NCBI GenBank assembly: GCA_038057075.1
Contig: JBBUDV010000002.1
Coordinates: 39,754-99,101 of the forward strand
Source: Patescibacteria group bacterium
GTDB taxonomy: Bacteria > Patescibacteriota > Minisyncoccia > UBA6257 > UBA9933
DNA: 59,348 bases
Direction of reading: 5' to 3'
Below the pieces are notes generated by a model. That model worked only from the letters and a program-made list of their open reading frames with translations. It did not search any database and was not told where the DNA came from. Positions within the stretch are counted from its first letter, which is position 1, and the number at the start of each line of letters is the position of its first letter. Shown here piece by piece: positions 1 to 9,220 of the stretch. The position numbers and the translations under genes were made by a program.

Positions 1-896
1 TAAATTTTTCGGTTATTTAATCCTAATTCAGTTTCGTATTTCCTTAAGTCCTCCGCTCTCTTTTGAGCGCCCTCTTGTAATTTTAATGACTGACCACCAT
101 CTTGATGCTTGATGTAAATGCGAAAACTGCCGCCATTTATGTCGTTTAATTCAACATCAAAAACATCCAGATTGTGCCGCTTTAAAAGATTTTCAAGGGA
201 AAGCAAGGAATAATATTCAAGATGTTCGTGACATATATTATCAAATGCGTTTTGTGAAAGCATCAATGGTAAGTAGCTCATTTGAATAATGAAGACTCCG
301 TTTTTATCCAGGCATTTAGCCGCGTCGGAAACAAATTTATTGGGATCATCCAAATCATAAAACATCGCGATGGCGGTTATGGCCTTGGCTTTTTTATCCC
401 CAAATTCTTTCTGCCATGCCTCATAACCGAAAAAATTGTTGATAATTTTTGTCGTTCCAACGCTATTATATTTCTCTAAATTTTTCGCGGGTTCAAACCC
501 AATTAAATTTAATCCGGAGAACTTATAGCCGCGCAACAAGGTGCCGTCATTAGCTCCAATATCCATAACAAAATCTTCCGGTTCAAAAGAAATTAGCGAT
601 TCAACTTTTGCCGCAATTCCATTCAATTCATCCGTCATAGTTTTATTCGTTCCGGAAAGGTACCAATATCTCCTATACATTACTTCGTTAGAAACGGTGT
701 GTTTTAATTGCAAAAGCCCGCAACCGCCATCATTTTCATTACAAAGAACCAACTCTAACGGAGCTTTTTCAGCTTCATTCATTTCATTTTCTTCTAAGAA
801 ATCTGAAATATACAAATCGCCGAGAGATAAAATCGGCGTTAATTTTTCAAATCCGCAAACGCGACAATTATTTATAATCCTTGAAACAGCGCTCAT
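1..896 (-). CDS. SAM-dependent C-methyltransferase (NDP-hexose C-methyltransferase-like); C-terminus lies beyond window start
   Basis: Absent from the ORF track because it has no stop inside the window. Manual reverse translation from the ATG at 896..894 gives MSAVSRIINNCRVCGFEKL...GGCGLLQL (Cys-pair zinc ribbon), then VMDIGANDGTLL (SAM motif I), and stays open to base 1. The + ORFs 282..479 and 541..903 are antisense shadows. Confidence 0.7.
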   Translation of the reverse strand, partial: MSAVSRIINNCRVCGFEKLTPILSLGDLYISDFLEENEMNEAEKAPLELVLCNENDGGCGLLQLKHTVSNEVMYRRYWYLSGTNKTMTDELNGIAAKVESLISFEPEDFVMDIGANDGTLLRGYKFSGLNLIGFEPAKNLEKYNSVGTTKIINNFFGYEAWQKEFGDKKAKAITAIAMFYDLDDPNKFVSDAAKCLDKNGVFIIQMSYLPLMLSQNAFDNICHEHLEYYSLLSLENLLKRHNLDVFDVELNDINGGSFRIYIKHQDGGQSLKLQEGAQKRAEDLRKYETELGLNNRKI

Positions 897-1059
897 AGTT
901 TAAAAATAATATCAAATTTTAAAAATAATGTCTATTTAAAAAACGATCTTAAATTTTCATTGAAAACAAACTTTCTATGGCTAAAAAACACTTTATATAT
1001 TTTATATAAAATTTTTTAATCCAAGGAGATAAAAAACGGAATTATAATAACCAAAAACT

Positions 1060-2304
1060 TTAGTTCACTATAAGGTAGCTCAAGCAAGCCGGGTTGGTCA
1101 CAGGAGCTTTATTAGAGGTTATGACAAAACTTGAGCTGGTAGTGCGACTACTTATGCTGTAGATGCGACCTTCTCTTGTATTACAGATAATACCCAATCT
1201 TGAACCTAATGAAAAATCTTCTGTGATAAAAATCTGACTATTCGCGGTTACGGCTGTTGTATTAACAGTTAAAGTATCATTACCAGCAGGCATAACCACA
1301 CTTCCTGCGGGGGCTGAACCGCAATTCGCCGGTGAGGTCGTAGAACTACAATTGGAAGTTGTGCCCATTTTTGTCCAATTAAGCAAGCCATGGATAGTGG
1401 TAGTAATACCAGACTTTCCAATATTAATGGCATTTGCAATAGACGTTCCAATATTAAGTATGCCGCTTACTACAACATCAAGTGCCTTACCAGCTTGTAA
1501 AAACAAGTTGCCGCCTGTAAGCGTAGTGTCTGTCCCGTCATCTGCGAATAATGAATCACCAATTACACTTGATGATATAAATTTTGCGATACGATTCGGG
1601 GTTCCGAAACCTGTGATGGAAGGAGTGGTGGTGGCAGGAGTTACGGTCATTCCTACCGCGATCATACGGCCAGCGGAAGAATTAGTCGTGTTTAAAGTAA
1701 GCGAAGCGGCGGGTGTCTTTGGATTAGTAGTTGGTTCAAAAAATCCAAATGTGGGAGAACTGTATGTTTCTCTTCTGGTAGTGTCCATTCCTGCCCCGAT
1801 TGTTCCCCCTGTAGCATTTCTCCCAAATTCTAACGCCCAAGAGTTGTCACTCATGGATGACCAAGTATTCGCTAAATTAGTCGCAGAAGCGCTGCTTACT
1901 GTTCCAATAGCGTCCGGCTGGCTCGATGTCTTTACTCCGCTTAAAGAATAAGCCGAACCCGCAACCGCGGTGCAACTGCCATTCCAAGTTATATTAACGT
2001 TATTCGCCCCGGTTGGAGGATTAAGAAGATAATAAAGATAAACGTTTTCATTTGAATCGCTAGTATTGGAAACGGCCAATGTCATTGCCTGACCACCATA
2101 AGTGGGAGCGGCACTTGGAACGCATTTTGAAAGCATTGTAAAACCAACAATTACCATATTCCCGTTATTAGCAAAAGAAAAAGTCAAAGGACTGGTGCCA
2201 CTGGTTGGTTGATCATTTAAAACATTATCAAAAGCAATGGCTCCAAAACTTATTGCTGGAAAAAATATTATAACCGCAGAAACCGAAATTAATAATTTCT
2301 TCAT
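1060..2304 (-). CDS. secreted Thr/Ser/Gly-rich protein, function unknown
   Basis: 414-aa ORF with signal peptide MKKLLISVSAVIIFFPAISFGA. No catalytic motif recognised. Visibly GC-richer than its neighbours. Confidence 0.55.
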   Translation of the reverse strand: MKKLLISVSAVIIFFPAISFGAIAFDNVLNDQPTSGTSPLTFSFANNGNMVIVGFTMLSKCVPSAAPTYGGQAMTLAVSNTSDSNENVYLYYLLNPPTGANNVNITWNGSCTAVAGSAYSLSGVKTSSQPDAIGTVSSASATNLANTWSSMSDNSWALEFGRNATGGTIGAGMDTTRRETYSSPTFGFFEPTTNPKTPAASLTLNTTNSSAGRMIAVGMTVTPATTTPSITGFGTPNRIAKFISSSVIGDSLFADDGTDTTLTGGNLFLQAGKALDVVVSGILNIGTSIANAINIGKSGITTTIHGLLNWTKMGTTSNCSSTTSPANCGSAPAGSVVMPAGNDTLTVNTTAVTANSQIFITEDFSLGSRLGIICNTREGRIYSISSRTTSSSFVITSNKAPVTNPACLSYLIVN

Positions 2305-2329
2305 ATTAATTTTTAAATCTCTGCCTTAT

Positions 2330-3001
2330 TTATTCGGCGAAGATTGAGTTATTATTTATTATATTTATTTTACTATATCCCAAACTTTTAACCAAATCCA
2401 CTGATGTTTCTCCTGTTGTCGCCACCATTAATTTAGGATGACATTTCCTAATGAATTTACCCCCACCTATAAGCACATTATCTTCATAACCCTCTGCATC
2501 AATTTTTATGACTGAGGGTAATAATGATTCCTTTTCAATGATTTCGTCCAAAGTCACACAACTTATTTCTTTGCCTTGGCCAATTCTAGCTTCAAGCGGA
2601 CTTCCTCCGCTTACTTTTCCGAAAAGAACCGTTCCTGATTTATCTGAAACCGCGTAAGGAAAAATTTTGATATTAAGGTTATTTAGTTTAGCGTTTTTTT
2701 CAAGATTTTTTATGTTTTCCTCAAGCGGTTCAAAAGCAAAAACTTTTGCCCCTTTTCTGGCCGCTATCAATGAATAATAACCGGCCTGCGCCCCGACATC
2801 AAAAACAACGTCATTTTTAGAAATCATCCCGCTAAATTTTTCAGCTTCGCCTTTTTCATAAGTTCCTATCCAATAGCCGTTTACTCCCGAACCCTTTACC
2901 CACCTCATTCCCCGTAACGGTCCGGATAAAATAAATACCACCGCTTTTTGGGGAATAATATTTAAAATTCTTCTAATAATTATTTTTATAAAAGGCCTCA
3001 T
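2330..3001 (-). CDS. FkbM-family SAM-dependent methyltransferase
   Basis: VFDVGAQAGYYS (motif I), FAFEP, and the IKIDAEGYE signature typical of FkbM-type methyltransferases. Confidence 0.75.
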   Translation of the reverse strand: MRPFIKIIIRRILNIIPQKAVVFILSGPLRGMRWVKGSGVNGYWIGTYEKGEAEKFSGMISKNDVVFDVGAQAGYYSLIAARKGAKVFAFEPLEENIKNLEKNAKLNNLNIKIFPYAVSDKSGTVLFGKVSGGSPLEARIGQGKEISCVTLDEIIEKESLLPSVIKIDAEGYEDNVLIGGGKFIRKCHPKLMVATTGETSVDLVKSLGYSKINIINNNSIFAE

Positions 3002-3013
3002 AAAAAATAATGC

Positions 3014-4108
3014 TTATCTAAAAAATTTCTTTAAATTTTCTCCAAAAATCCATTTCCTATGGCTAAAAAACACTTTATATATTTTATATAAAATTTTATT
3101 AACCCAAAGCGGCATTAAAAATAACGGCATGGCTATCCAAAATTCCGGAAAATTCCAATAATATTTAAACATTTTCCATCTTTTCCCTTTCGGCGTATCC
3201 CAACCGCCAATCCAACCAACTAACATACCTCGCCAAAGAGAAGCAAAATTTTTTGTTAAGATCCGACGGATAGCTCCCTTAGAAAATTTTCCATCAAATT
3301 CGTGAATAATATTATAAAAATTTATTCCGTAAACTTGAAACCCATCATTGTTAATTGTGTTTATTTTATCAGTTGTCTGCGACATTGTACGATTCCCCGT
3401 CAAGACAGCCGCTTTTAATTCTTCTTCTGATAACAAATGACAAATTACATAAGGCCCTCTCAAAAAATAAGATTTGCCGGGGCTAGAAATAATACCAAAA
3501 GTAATAACCATATTAGCGAAAGCCGAGCCAAGATACTTTTGAACAAGGCCAAAAAACGGTCGAACCATTTCCTTATTAAATATCAAAGTAGATACAAGGC
3601 CAATGTTTGTTCCTATATCATCCAGCGCTTCATCGCCATTCTTAAAGAATTTGTCAGGTTGGGACACGGCGAGTGTTCCGTTATTAATCACTAAAAAATT
3701 GGCCCAGACAAAATTAATATCTGAATTTTCTTTCACTAATTTCAAAACCCTATCTATGCCGCCCGGGGCCATTTCATCATCATCGCTAAACCACCATACA
3801 TATTTTCCTCTCGCTTTATCTACCAAAAAAAAGCAGGCTCTATCAAAACCAATCTTTTTCCCTTTAAAATACCTATAATTAATTTTAGAATCTGCAAGTT
3901 TCTTAAAAATCTCTACTGATTTTAAATTCACGCTATCGTCTCGAATTATTAATTCCGTTTCTGAAGTTAATTGCGGCAAAACCCCGCGAAGCATACGTTC
4001 AAAATCTTTGGGGCGATTATATGTAGGAACGCAAATACTTAATAATAGAGGGGAATGTTCTTTATTTTTGTTCTCGATGTTAGGATTTTCATTTAAATTT
4101 TCTTGCAT
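3014..4108 (-). CDS. family 2 glycosyltransferase
   Basis: LSICVPTYNRP N-terminal GT2 motif, IIRDDS and WWFSDDDE (DxD-like). Confidence 0.75.
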   Translation of the reverse strand: MQENLNENPNIENKNKEHSPLLLSICVPTYNRPKDFERMLRGVLPQLTSETELIIRDDSVNLKSVEIFKKLADSKINYRYFKGKKIGFDRACFFLVDKARGKYVWWFSDDDEMAPGGIDRVLKLVKENSDINFVWANFLVINNGTLAVSQPDKFFKNGDEALDDIGTNIGLVSTLIFNKEMVRPFFGLVQKYLGSAFANMVITFGIISSPGKSYFLRGPYVICHLLSEEELKAAVLTGNRTMSQTTDKINTINNDGFQVYGINFYNIIHEFDGKFSKGAIRRILTKNFASLWRGMLVGWIGGWDTPKGKRWKMFKYYWNFPEFWIAMPLFLMPLWVNKILYKIYKVFFSHRKWIFGENLKKFFR

Positions 4109-4114
4109 AGTTTT

Positions 4115-5020
4115 TTATTTTCTTTTTGCTGTAATATATCCAACATACATATTTCTATTTTCATCGCTCGCATATTGTGGCACATAAACATGTGTTGGGC
4201 CTGTATGAAAAATCTCAAACCCAGCACCTTTAATGTAAGGTTCAAGTTTTTCAAAGCCGTAATGATATTCAATCAGCATATCTGAAAATCTCCGTAAAAT
4301 TTCCTTCGGCGTATTTAATAGAATTTCATATTCATATCCCTCGGTATCAATTTTGAGGAATCCGTCTTGAATATTATTTTGTTCAACAATTTGCCTAAGC
4401 GTAATAATCGGCACTTTTTCTCCGAAAATGGGCTCTTTAATTCCTGTTCCAAACATATCGTCCATCTTCGAGTCTATCATCATCGTGCCTGATTTACCGC
4501 TAACGGCAGCTAACACAAGAACGCACGAGTCGGAAAAACCATTGGTCCGCAAGTTCTCTTTCGCAAGATGAAAAAATCCGGGAAAGGCTTCGTATGCATA
4601 CACATATTTAGCCCCTTTTATTAGAAAATAAATCGCCGTGTCACCAAAAGCCGAGCCAATATCTACAACTTGTTTGTTTTTTACTGGAGCGAATTTTAAA
4701 AAATCTTTGTAGGGATCTCCGCCAAAAATCTCCAAAACTGTATCAAATCCCCATTTGCCAAAATTAAATTCTAATTTGCGAGAATGATAAAGAAAAATAA
4801 ATTTATTTTCTTTATCATAAAGTTTTGCGGTTGGAAAGTGAAAAAACAGATAAACACGACGTATATATTCGCTCCAAGATCGTTTACTTAATTCAAATTT
4901 ATAACCGTTCCGAAAATTCGCGACGCATTTATCTTTTAGTTGAAACCAAATAGATAGAACACCGAGCCAATTTTGCGTAGTTTTTATTATTAAATAAAGC
5001 CTATTCAATCTCGTTAACAT
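4115..5020 (-). CDS. FkbM-family methyltransferase
   Basis: VVDIGSAFGDTAIYF (motif I), YAYEAFP, LKIDTEGYEYEIL. Confidence 0.7.
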   Translation of the reverse strand: MLTRLNRLYLIIKTTQNWLGVLSIWFQLKDKCVANFRNGYKFELSKRSWSEYIRRVYLFFHFPTAKLYDKENKFIFLYHSRKLEFNFGKWGFDTVLEIFGGDPYKDFLKFAPVKNKQVVDIGSAFGDTAIYFLIKGAKYVYAYEAFPGFFHLAKENLRTNGFSDSCVLVLAAVSGKSGTMMIDSKMDDMFGTGIKEPIFGEKVPIITLRQIVEQNNIQDGFLKIDTEGYEYEILLNTPKEILRRFSDMLIEYHYGFEKLEPYIKGAGFEIFHTGPTHVYVPQYASDENRNMYVGYITAKRK

Positions 5021-5068
5021 ATAAAAAATAATATATTAAACGAGTAAAACTATCAATATATGTGGTTT

Positions 5069-6094
5069 TTATATTTTTCCTATCATTTTACTTAACTGCG
5101 CTTTCATGCTGTATCCGCTTTTTATACATCTTTCTCTGCCAGCTTTGGCTATTTTTAAACGCGCCTCGCCATCAGCCAGATATTTTTTTATTTTCTCCAA
5201 AAGCTCTTCGTTTGAACCGAAAAATACGGCTTCCTTATCTTCTTCAAAAAATTCCAAATGTCTTTTTGTTCTTTCTCCCAGCATAAATCCTCCGCAAGCC
5301 GGAATTTCAACGCTGCGACTCGTTACTTCATCCCTGTTTATTTTTCTCAAAAAACATAAATTAATTTTTGTGGCGCTTATCGCCTTCGCATAATCATCGC
5401 TATAAAGCGGTTGATTTTTAATTATTAAATTCGGGTTTTTATTTTTCCACAAACCCCAGCCATTTCCCCAGATAACAATTTTAATTCCTTTTTCAGCCAA
5501 AAAAAGCATTTTTTCAGCTCTATCATTTTCAAATGAACCAATAAACCCGACATCACAAGCAAATTTCTTTTTTTCTTCATCAGTTAAAATCATCGGCCGA
5601 TGAACTTTCTCATCATAAGAATCTAAAAATAATTCAGTTTTTTTCGCGCCAAGAAGTTTTAATTCTTCAAGATTATAAACCTTGGTTGTAAAAACAATAT
5701 CATAATATTTAAGTCCGAAAGTGTAATATAAAGAACGGTTATGTCGCGCGTACATATCGTCTTCAGAAATAGAGATTAATCTTGCATTTGGCAATCTTTG
5801 CCTAATATAACGCAGTGTTGTTGGTTTAATAGTATTTCCTTTTTCAATCCATACAATATCAAACTTTTCCGATTTTACCGCCTCGCGAATTTTTTTATTT
5901 ACCCTAGTTAAATCAAGCGGCAGTTTTAATTTCCAAAACAATCGTTCTAAAAAACTCGGCTTATTTATACCTGGAATAAAAGGAACAGTGACCATTGAAA
6001 ATCCCTTAACTTTATTGCCCAAATCCGTTAACGCATGAAATCTCTGGAAACTCCTGCCATATTCATTTAAATCGCCTATAAATAAAATTTTCAT
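5069..6094 (-). CDS. CgeB-like glycosyltransferase-fold protein
   Basis: The C-terminal region (SVEIPACGGFMLGERT...FFEEDKEAVFF) resembles the CgeB/Glyco_trans_1_2 family. Assignment is from memory of the family only. Confidence 0.5.
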   Translation of the reverse strand: MKILFIGDLNEYGRSFQRFHALTDLGNKVKGFSMVTVPFIPGINKPSFLERLFWKLKLPLDLTRVNKKIREAVKSEKFDIVWIEKGNTIKPTTLRYIRQRLPNARLISISEDDMYARHNRSLYYTFGLKYYDIVFTTKVYNLEELKLLGAKKTELFLDSYDEKVHRPMILTDEEKKKFACDVGFIGSFENDRAEKMLFLAEKGIKIVIWGNGWGLWKNKNPNLIIKNQPLYSDDYAKAISATKINLCFLRKINRDEVTSRSVEIPACGGFMLGERTKRHLEFFEEDKEAVFFGSNEELLEKIKKYLADGEARLKIAKAGRERCIKSGYSMKAQLSKMIGKI

Positions 6095-6109
6095 TATTAT
6101 TCAGTGGGT

Positions 6110-8359
6110 CTATTTAATATATCTTAACACTTCCAATATCCCTTCAATATCTTTTTTATGGCTATAATTCTGAATAATTTCAAAAGATTTTTCGCTAAAT
6201 ATTTTTCTTTTATTTTCATTTAATATTAATTCTTTTAGATATTCGGCTAATTTTTCAATATTACCCAATGGAAAAATAAATCCATTTTGATTTTCTTTTA
6301 TAAGATCAAGGGCGCAACCAACCATATCAGACACAATTACCGGCAAACTAAAACACATTGCCTCATTAACAACCAAGCCCCATGTTTCCCCGATGCCCGA
6401 AGGCAAAACAAAAATATCGGATAATGCGTAATATTCCGGTAATTCGGTTTGATTTTTAAAACCGACAAAATGAACATTTTTTAGATTGTGTGATTGGGCA
6501 TAATTTTCAAGATCTCGCCTTAAATTACCGTCCCCCACAAAAATTAATGAAATATTCTTGTGTTCTTGTGTTTTTATGTTTTCAAGATTTTTATACGCTT
6601 TCAATAAATCAAATGGTCTCTTTTTTTCTATCAATTTTCCGACAAAAAGAATAACTATGGCATCTTTTTTTATTCCTAATTCCTCCCGTAATTTATAATT
6701 CTTAATTCCTAATTCCTTCTTCGCTGTTATATATCGTTCATTATCAACCGCGTAGGGAACAAAAAATAATTTTTCATCCGGTACCCCATAATATTTGTAA
6801 AATTTTCTATTTTCTTCCCCGATATACAGAAACGAGCTAATTCGCGGAAAAAATAATTTTTTGAAAATAAATTTTTTAACCTTCTGTTTCCAACCGCTTT
6901 TTAATAACTCCTGATTTAATGGACTCTCTCCCTGAATGATAACCGGCGTACCAATTATTAAGGCCGTAAAAAACGCCAGCCAATTAACAAAAGAATTCCA
7001 ACCGTAAATTAGAACTGCCTTATAGCGCCCGCGGACTAATGCAGAAATAATCCCAAAATTCAACTGCCCCCAAAAACCACTGGAAGGACGCAATGAAAAA
7101 TTCTTGAGAAATTTATGTTTATAGCCATCAAGAATCGGAATATCCCATTTTACTTTTACGCCAAAATCAGATTCATAAGTTTCTTTTACGCCAAAATCCC
7201 AGTTAAAATACACCATTAAATCAACTTTTTCAGAAAAGGCGAGCTTTCGCAGTAGCGGTACCTGATACTGTATTGCGTGCGACATAATAATTGCTAATTT
7301 AGGAATTTTAAATAAATTTAAAATGTCTTTAACACGCTCTTTATGACAAACCTTGCTGTATTCTTTAAGAATGCTATCGCGCAAAAATTTAGGGTCAAAA
7401 AATTTTTTAGGCGCCTTTCTTTTTAAAACATTAATAATCGCCTCTTTTAATTCTTCTTGATTATCGGGGTTGATGGTATATCCCAATTTGCCGTCAAAAT
7501 TTTTTTTCTCATATTCCTCGCCTTGATTACCGCCAATTATCGGTTTGCCGCAAGCAAGCGCCTCAAGTAAAACAATCGCCGGAAAACCTTCTCTTTTTGA
7601 CGGCAAAATAAAAACATCCGCTAAATTATAATAATCGACCATTTCTTCATCTTTTGCCGGACCAGTTAAAATAACATTATTTTCTAATCCCAATTCTTTT
7701 ACAAGATTTTTCATTCTTTCCGCGTCATTACCTCCTCCAACAAGCAAATATTTCACATTTGGAATTTTCTTTACAATATCGGACATCGCTCTTACTACTT
7801 TTTCATAACCCTTATTATCAACCTCTGAATATGAAAAACGGCAGATGGTTAAAATTATTTTTGAATCTCTCAAATTATGCCTTTTAATTAAATTTTGAGA
7901 TTTTTCTTTAATATAAAATCTTTCTCCATCAACAGAATTAGGTAGAGCAAGAATTCTTTCGGCTACCTCTGGAATTTGCCTGATAATATTTTGAGCGGTC
8001 TGATCAAAAAGTTTGATAATAAATTTTGCTGATTTCAACGCGCTCTTATGTAGCACTGGAATATTGGCAACTTCAATGCCATAAACATTAACCGTATATT
8101 CTATGCCTAATATTTTTTTTACAAAATAACAAATTGGAGTAAATGCAATATGTGAACAGCAAATAATATTTGGCTTCTTTCTAAAAGATTCTAAAAAAAC
8201 CCTTACAATAAAAGAGATTTTTTGAAATAATTTAATGCCATAAAGCGGTATAAAAAAAACATCCGCTCCCGCTTCGCGAAGCGCGTCTATAAATTCCCTA
8301 TTATATTTTTCGATTCCGCCAATTTTATTAATATCAGCGGCAATAAATAAAATTTTCAT
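6110..8359 (-). CDS. fused double GT4-type glycosyltransferase
   Basis: 749 aa with two GT-B/GT4 modules, each carrying an E-x7-E region (REGFPAIVLLEALACGKPIIG and GETWGLVVNEAMCFSLPVIVSD). Confidence 0.75.
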   Translation of the reverse strand: MKILFIAADINKIGGIEKYNREFIDALREAGADVFFIPLYGIKLFQKISFIVRVFLESFRKKPNIICCSHIAFTPICYFVKKILGIEYTVNVYGIEVANIPVLHKSALKSAKFIIKLFDQTAQNIIRQIPEVAERILALPNSVDGERFYIKEKSQNLIKRHNLRDSKIILTICRFSYSEVDNKGYEKVVRAMSDIVKKIPNVKYLLVGGGNDAERMKNLVKELGLENNVILTGPAKDEEMVDYYNLADVFILPSKREGFPAIVLLEALACGKPIIGGNQGEEYEKKNFDGKLGYTINPDNQEELKEAIINVLKRKAPKKFFDPKFLRDSILKEYSKVCHKERVKDILNLFKIPKLAIIMSHAIQYQVPLLRKLAFSEKVDLMVYFNWDFGVKETYESDFGVKVKWDIPILDGYKHKFLKNFSLRPSSGFWGQLNFGIISALVRGRYKAVLIYGWNSFVNWLAFFTALIIGTPVIIQGESPLNQELLKSGWKQKVKKFIFKKLFFPRISSFLYIGEENRKFYKYYGVPDEKLFFVPYAVDNERYITAKKELGIKNYKLREELGIKKDAIVILFVGKLIEKKRPFDLLKAYKNLENIKTQEHKNISLIFVGDGNLRRDLENYAQSHNLKNVHFVGFKNQTELPEYYALSDIFVLPSGIGETWGLVVNEAMCFSLPVIVSDMVGCALDLIKENQNGFIFPLGNIEKLAEYLKELILNENKRKIFSEKSFEIIQNYSHKKDIEGILEVLRYIK

Positions 8360-8470
8360 CTTATAAGCTAATTTTTTTGAAACTTTCCTTGCCCACTGGC
8401 GTGACCAATGGGTTTTAATCCTTTTTTGTTCTTGTATTCTTGTGTTTTCAAGTTTTATTTCTGGCGCAAA
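8360..8470 (-). pseudogene. remnant of an asnB-like 3' end fused in frame upstream of the GT4 start
   Basis: An open 37-codon stretch translates to ...ENTRIQEQKRIKTHWSRQWARKV, against the asnB C-terminus NIKTQEQKSIKTHWARFWAKVV. The DNA block ccaatgGgttttAatCcttttttgttcttgt matches 11684..11714 closely. Confidence 0.4.
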
Positions 8471-8609
8471 CTATCAAATGAGCGCCAAAAGAAGGAAAAA
8501 AATCGCCTAAAATTTCAAAAATTTGTTGTTTTGTATCGGGAAGTTTCATATATTTTTATTTTTATTTAATGATAAAAATGTTCTTTCCGCCAGTTTGAAT
8601 AACCATTAT

Positions 8610-9215
8610 TCATTTTAAGAATTTGAATGAAGCGAGAATTTGGTTGAAAATATCTTCGTATTGTTTTTTTGCGCCTAGGATCATCCGATATTTTCCAAAC
8701 GGGAGATCTATAGAAATTCTTGGTAATTCTTCTGTGTATTCATACTTTTTACCACTAATACCTCCCACTACAATGTCGGACGTAACAGCCCCTAATTTTT
8801 CCCTGCTCAAAATAGCCCTATCAGCGAAATCCGGGGTTACAATGTTTATCAACACGGGAGGGTTAATTTGGTAATCTTTTCCCAGTGAAGCACCTACCAA
8901 ATTAAACTTACTAAACGGGCTATAAAAAGTGTTTTCATAAAAAGACCAATTGTCCAGATATTGAAACTCAAAACCAAATTGTTTATTTCGATAAATTTTT
9001 AATCCCGATTCGGCAGCTATTGTGGTAGTAGCAGCTATCTGTCGCATTGAGGACACATTATCTGATTTTTGCTTTATTTCCTGGCTTTGGTATAAAGAAA
9101 TTTTCGTCTGATTTTCAGCTTGTTTGTACTTATAAACAAACCAAGTAATAATGCTGCTAAGCGCAATAAGTATAATTAAAATAATCAGTATTTTCCTATT
9201 TAGAATACTAATCAT
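8610..9215 (-). CDS. membrane-anchored hypothetical protein
   Basis: 201-aa ORF with a single N-terminal TM helix (ILIILIILIALSSIITWFVY). Confidence 0.5.
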   Translation of the reverse strand: MISILNRKILIILIILIALSSIITWFVYKYKQAENQTKISLYQSQEIKQKSDNVSSMRQIAATTTIAAESGLKIYRNKQFGFEFQYLDNWSFYENTFYSPFSKFNLVGASLGKDYQINPPVLINIVTPDFADRAILSREKLGAVTSDIVVGGISGKKYEYTEELPRISIDLPFGKYRMILGAKKQYEDIFNQILASFKFLK

Positions 9216-9220
9216 TGTAT

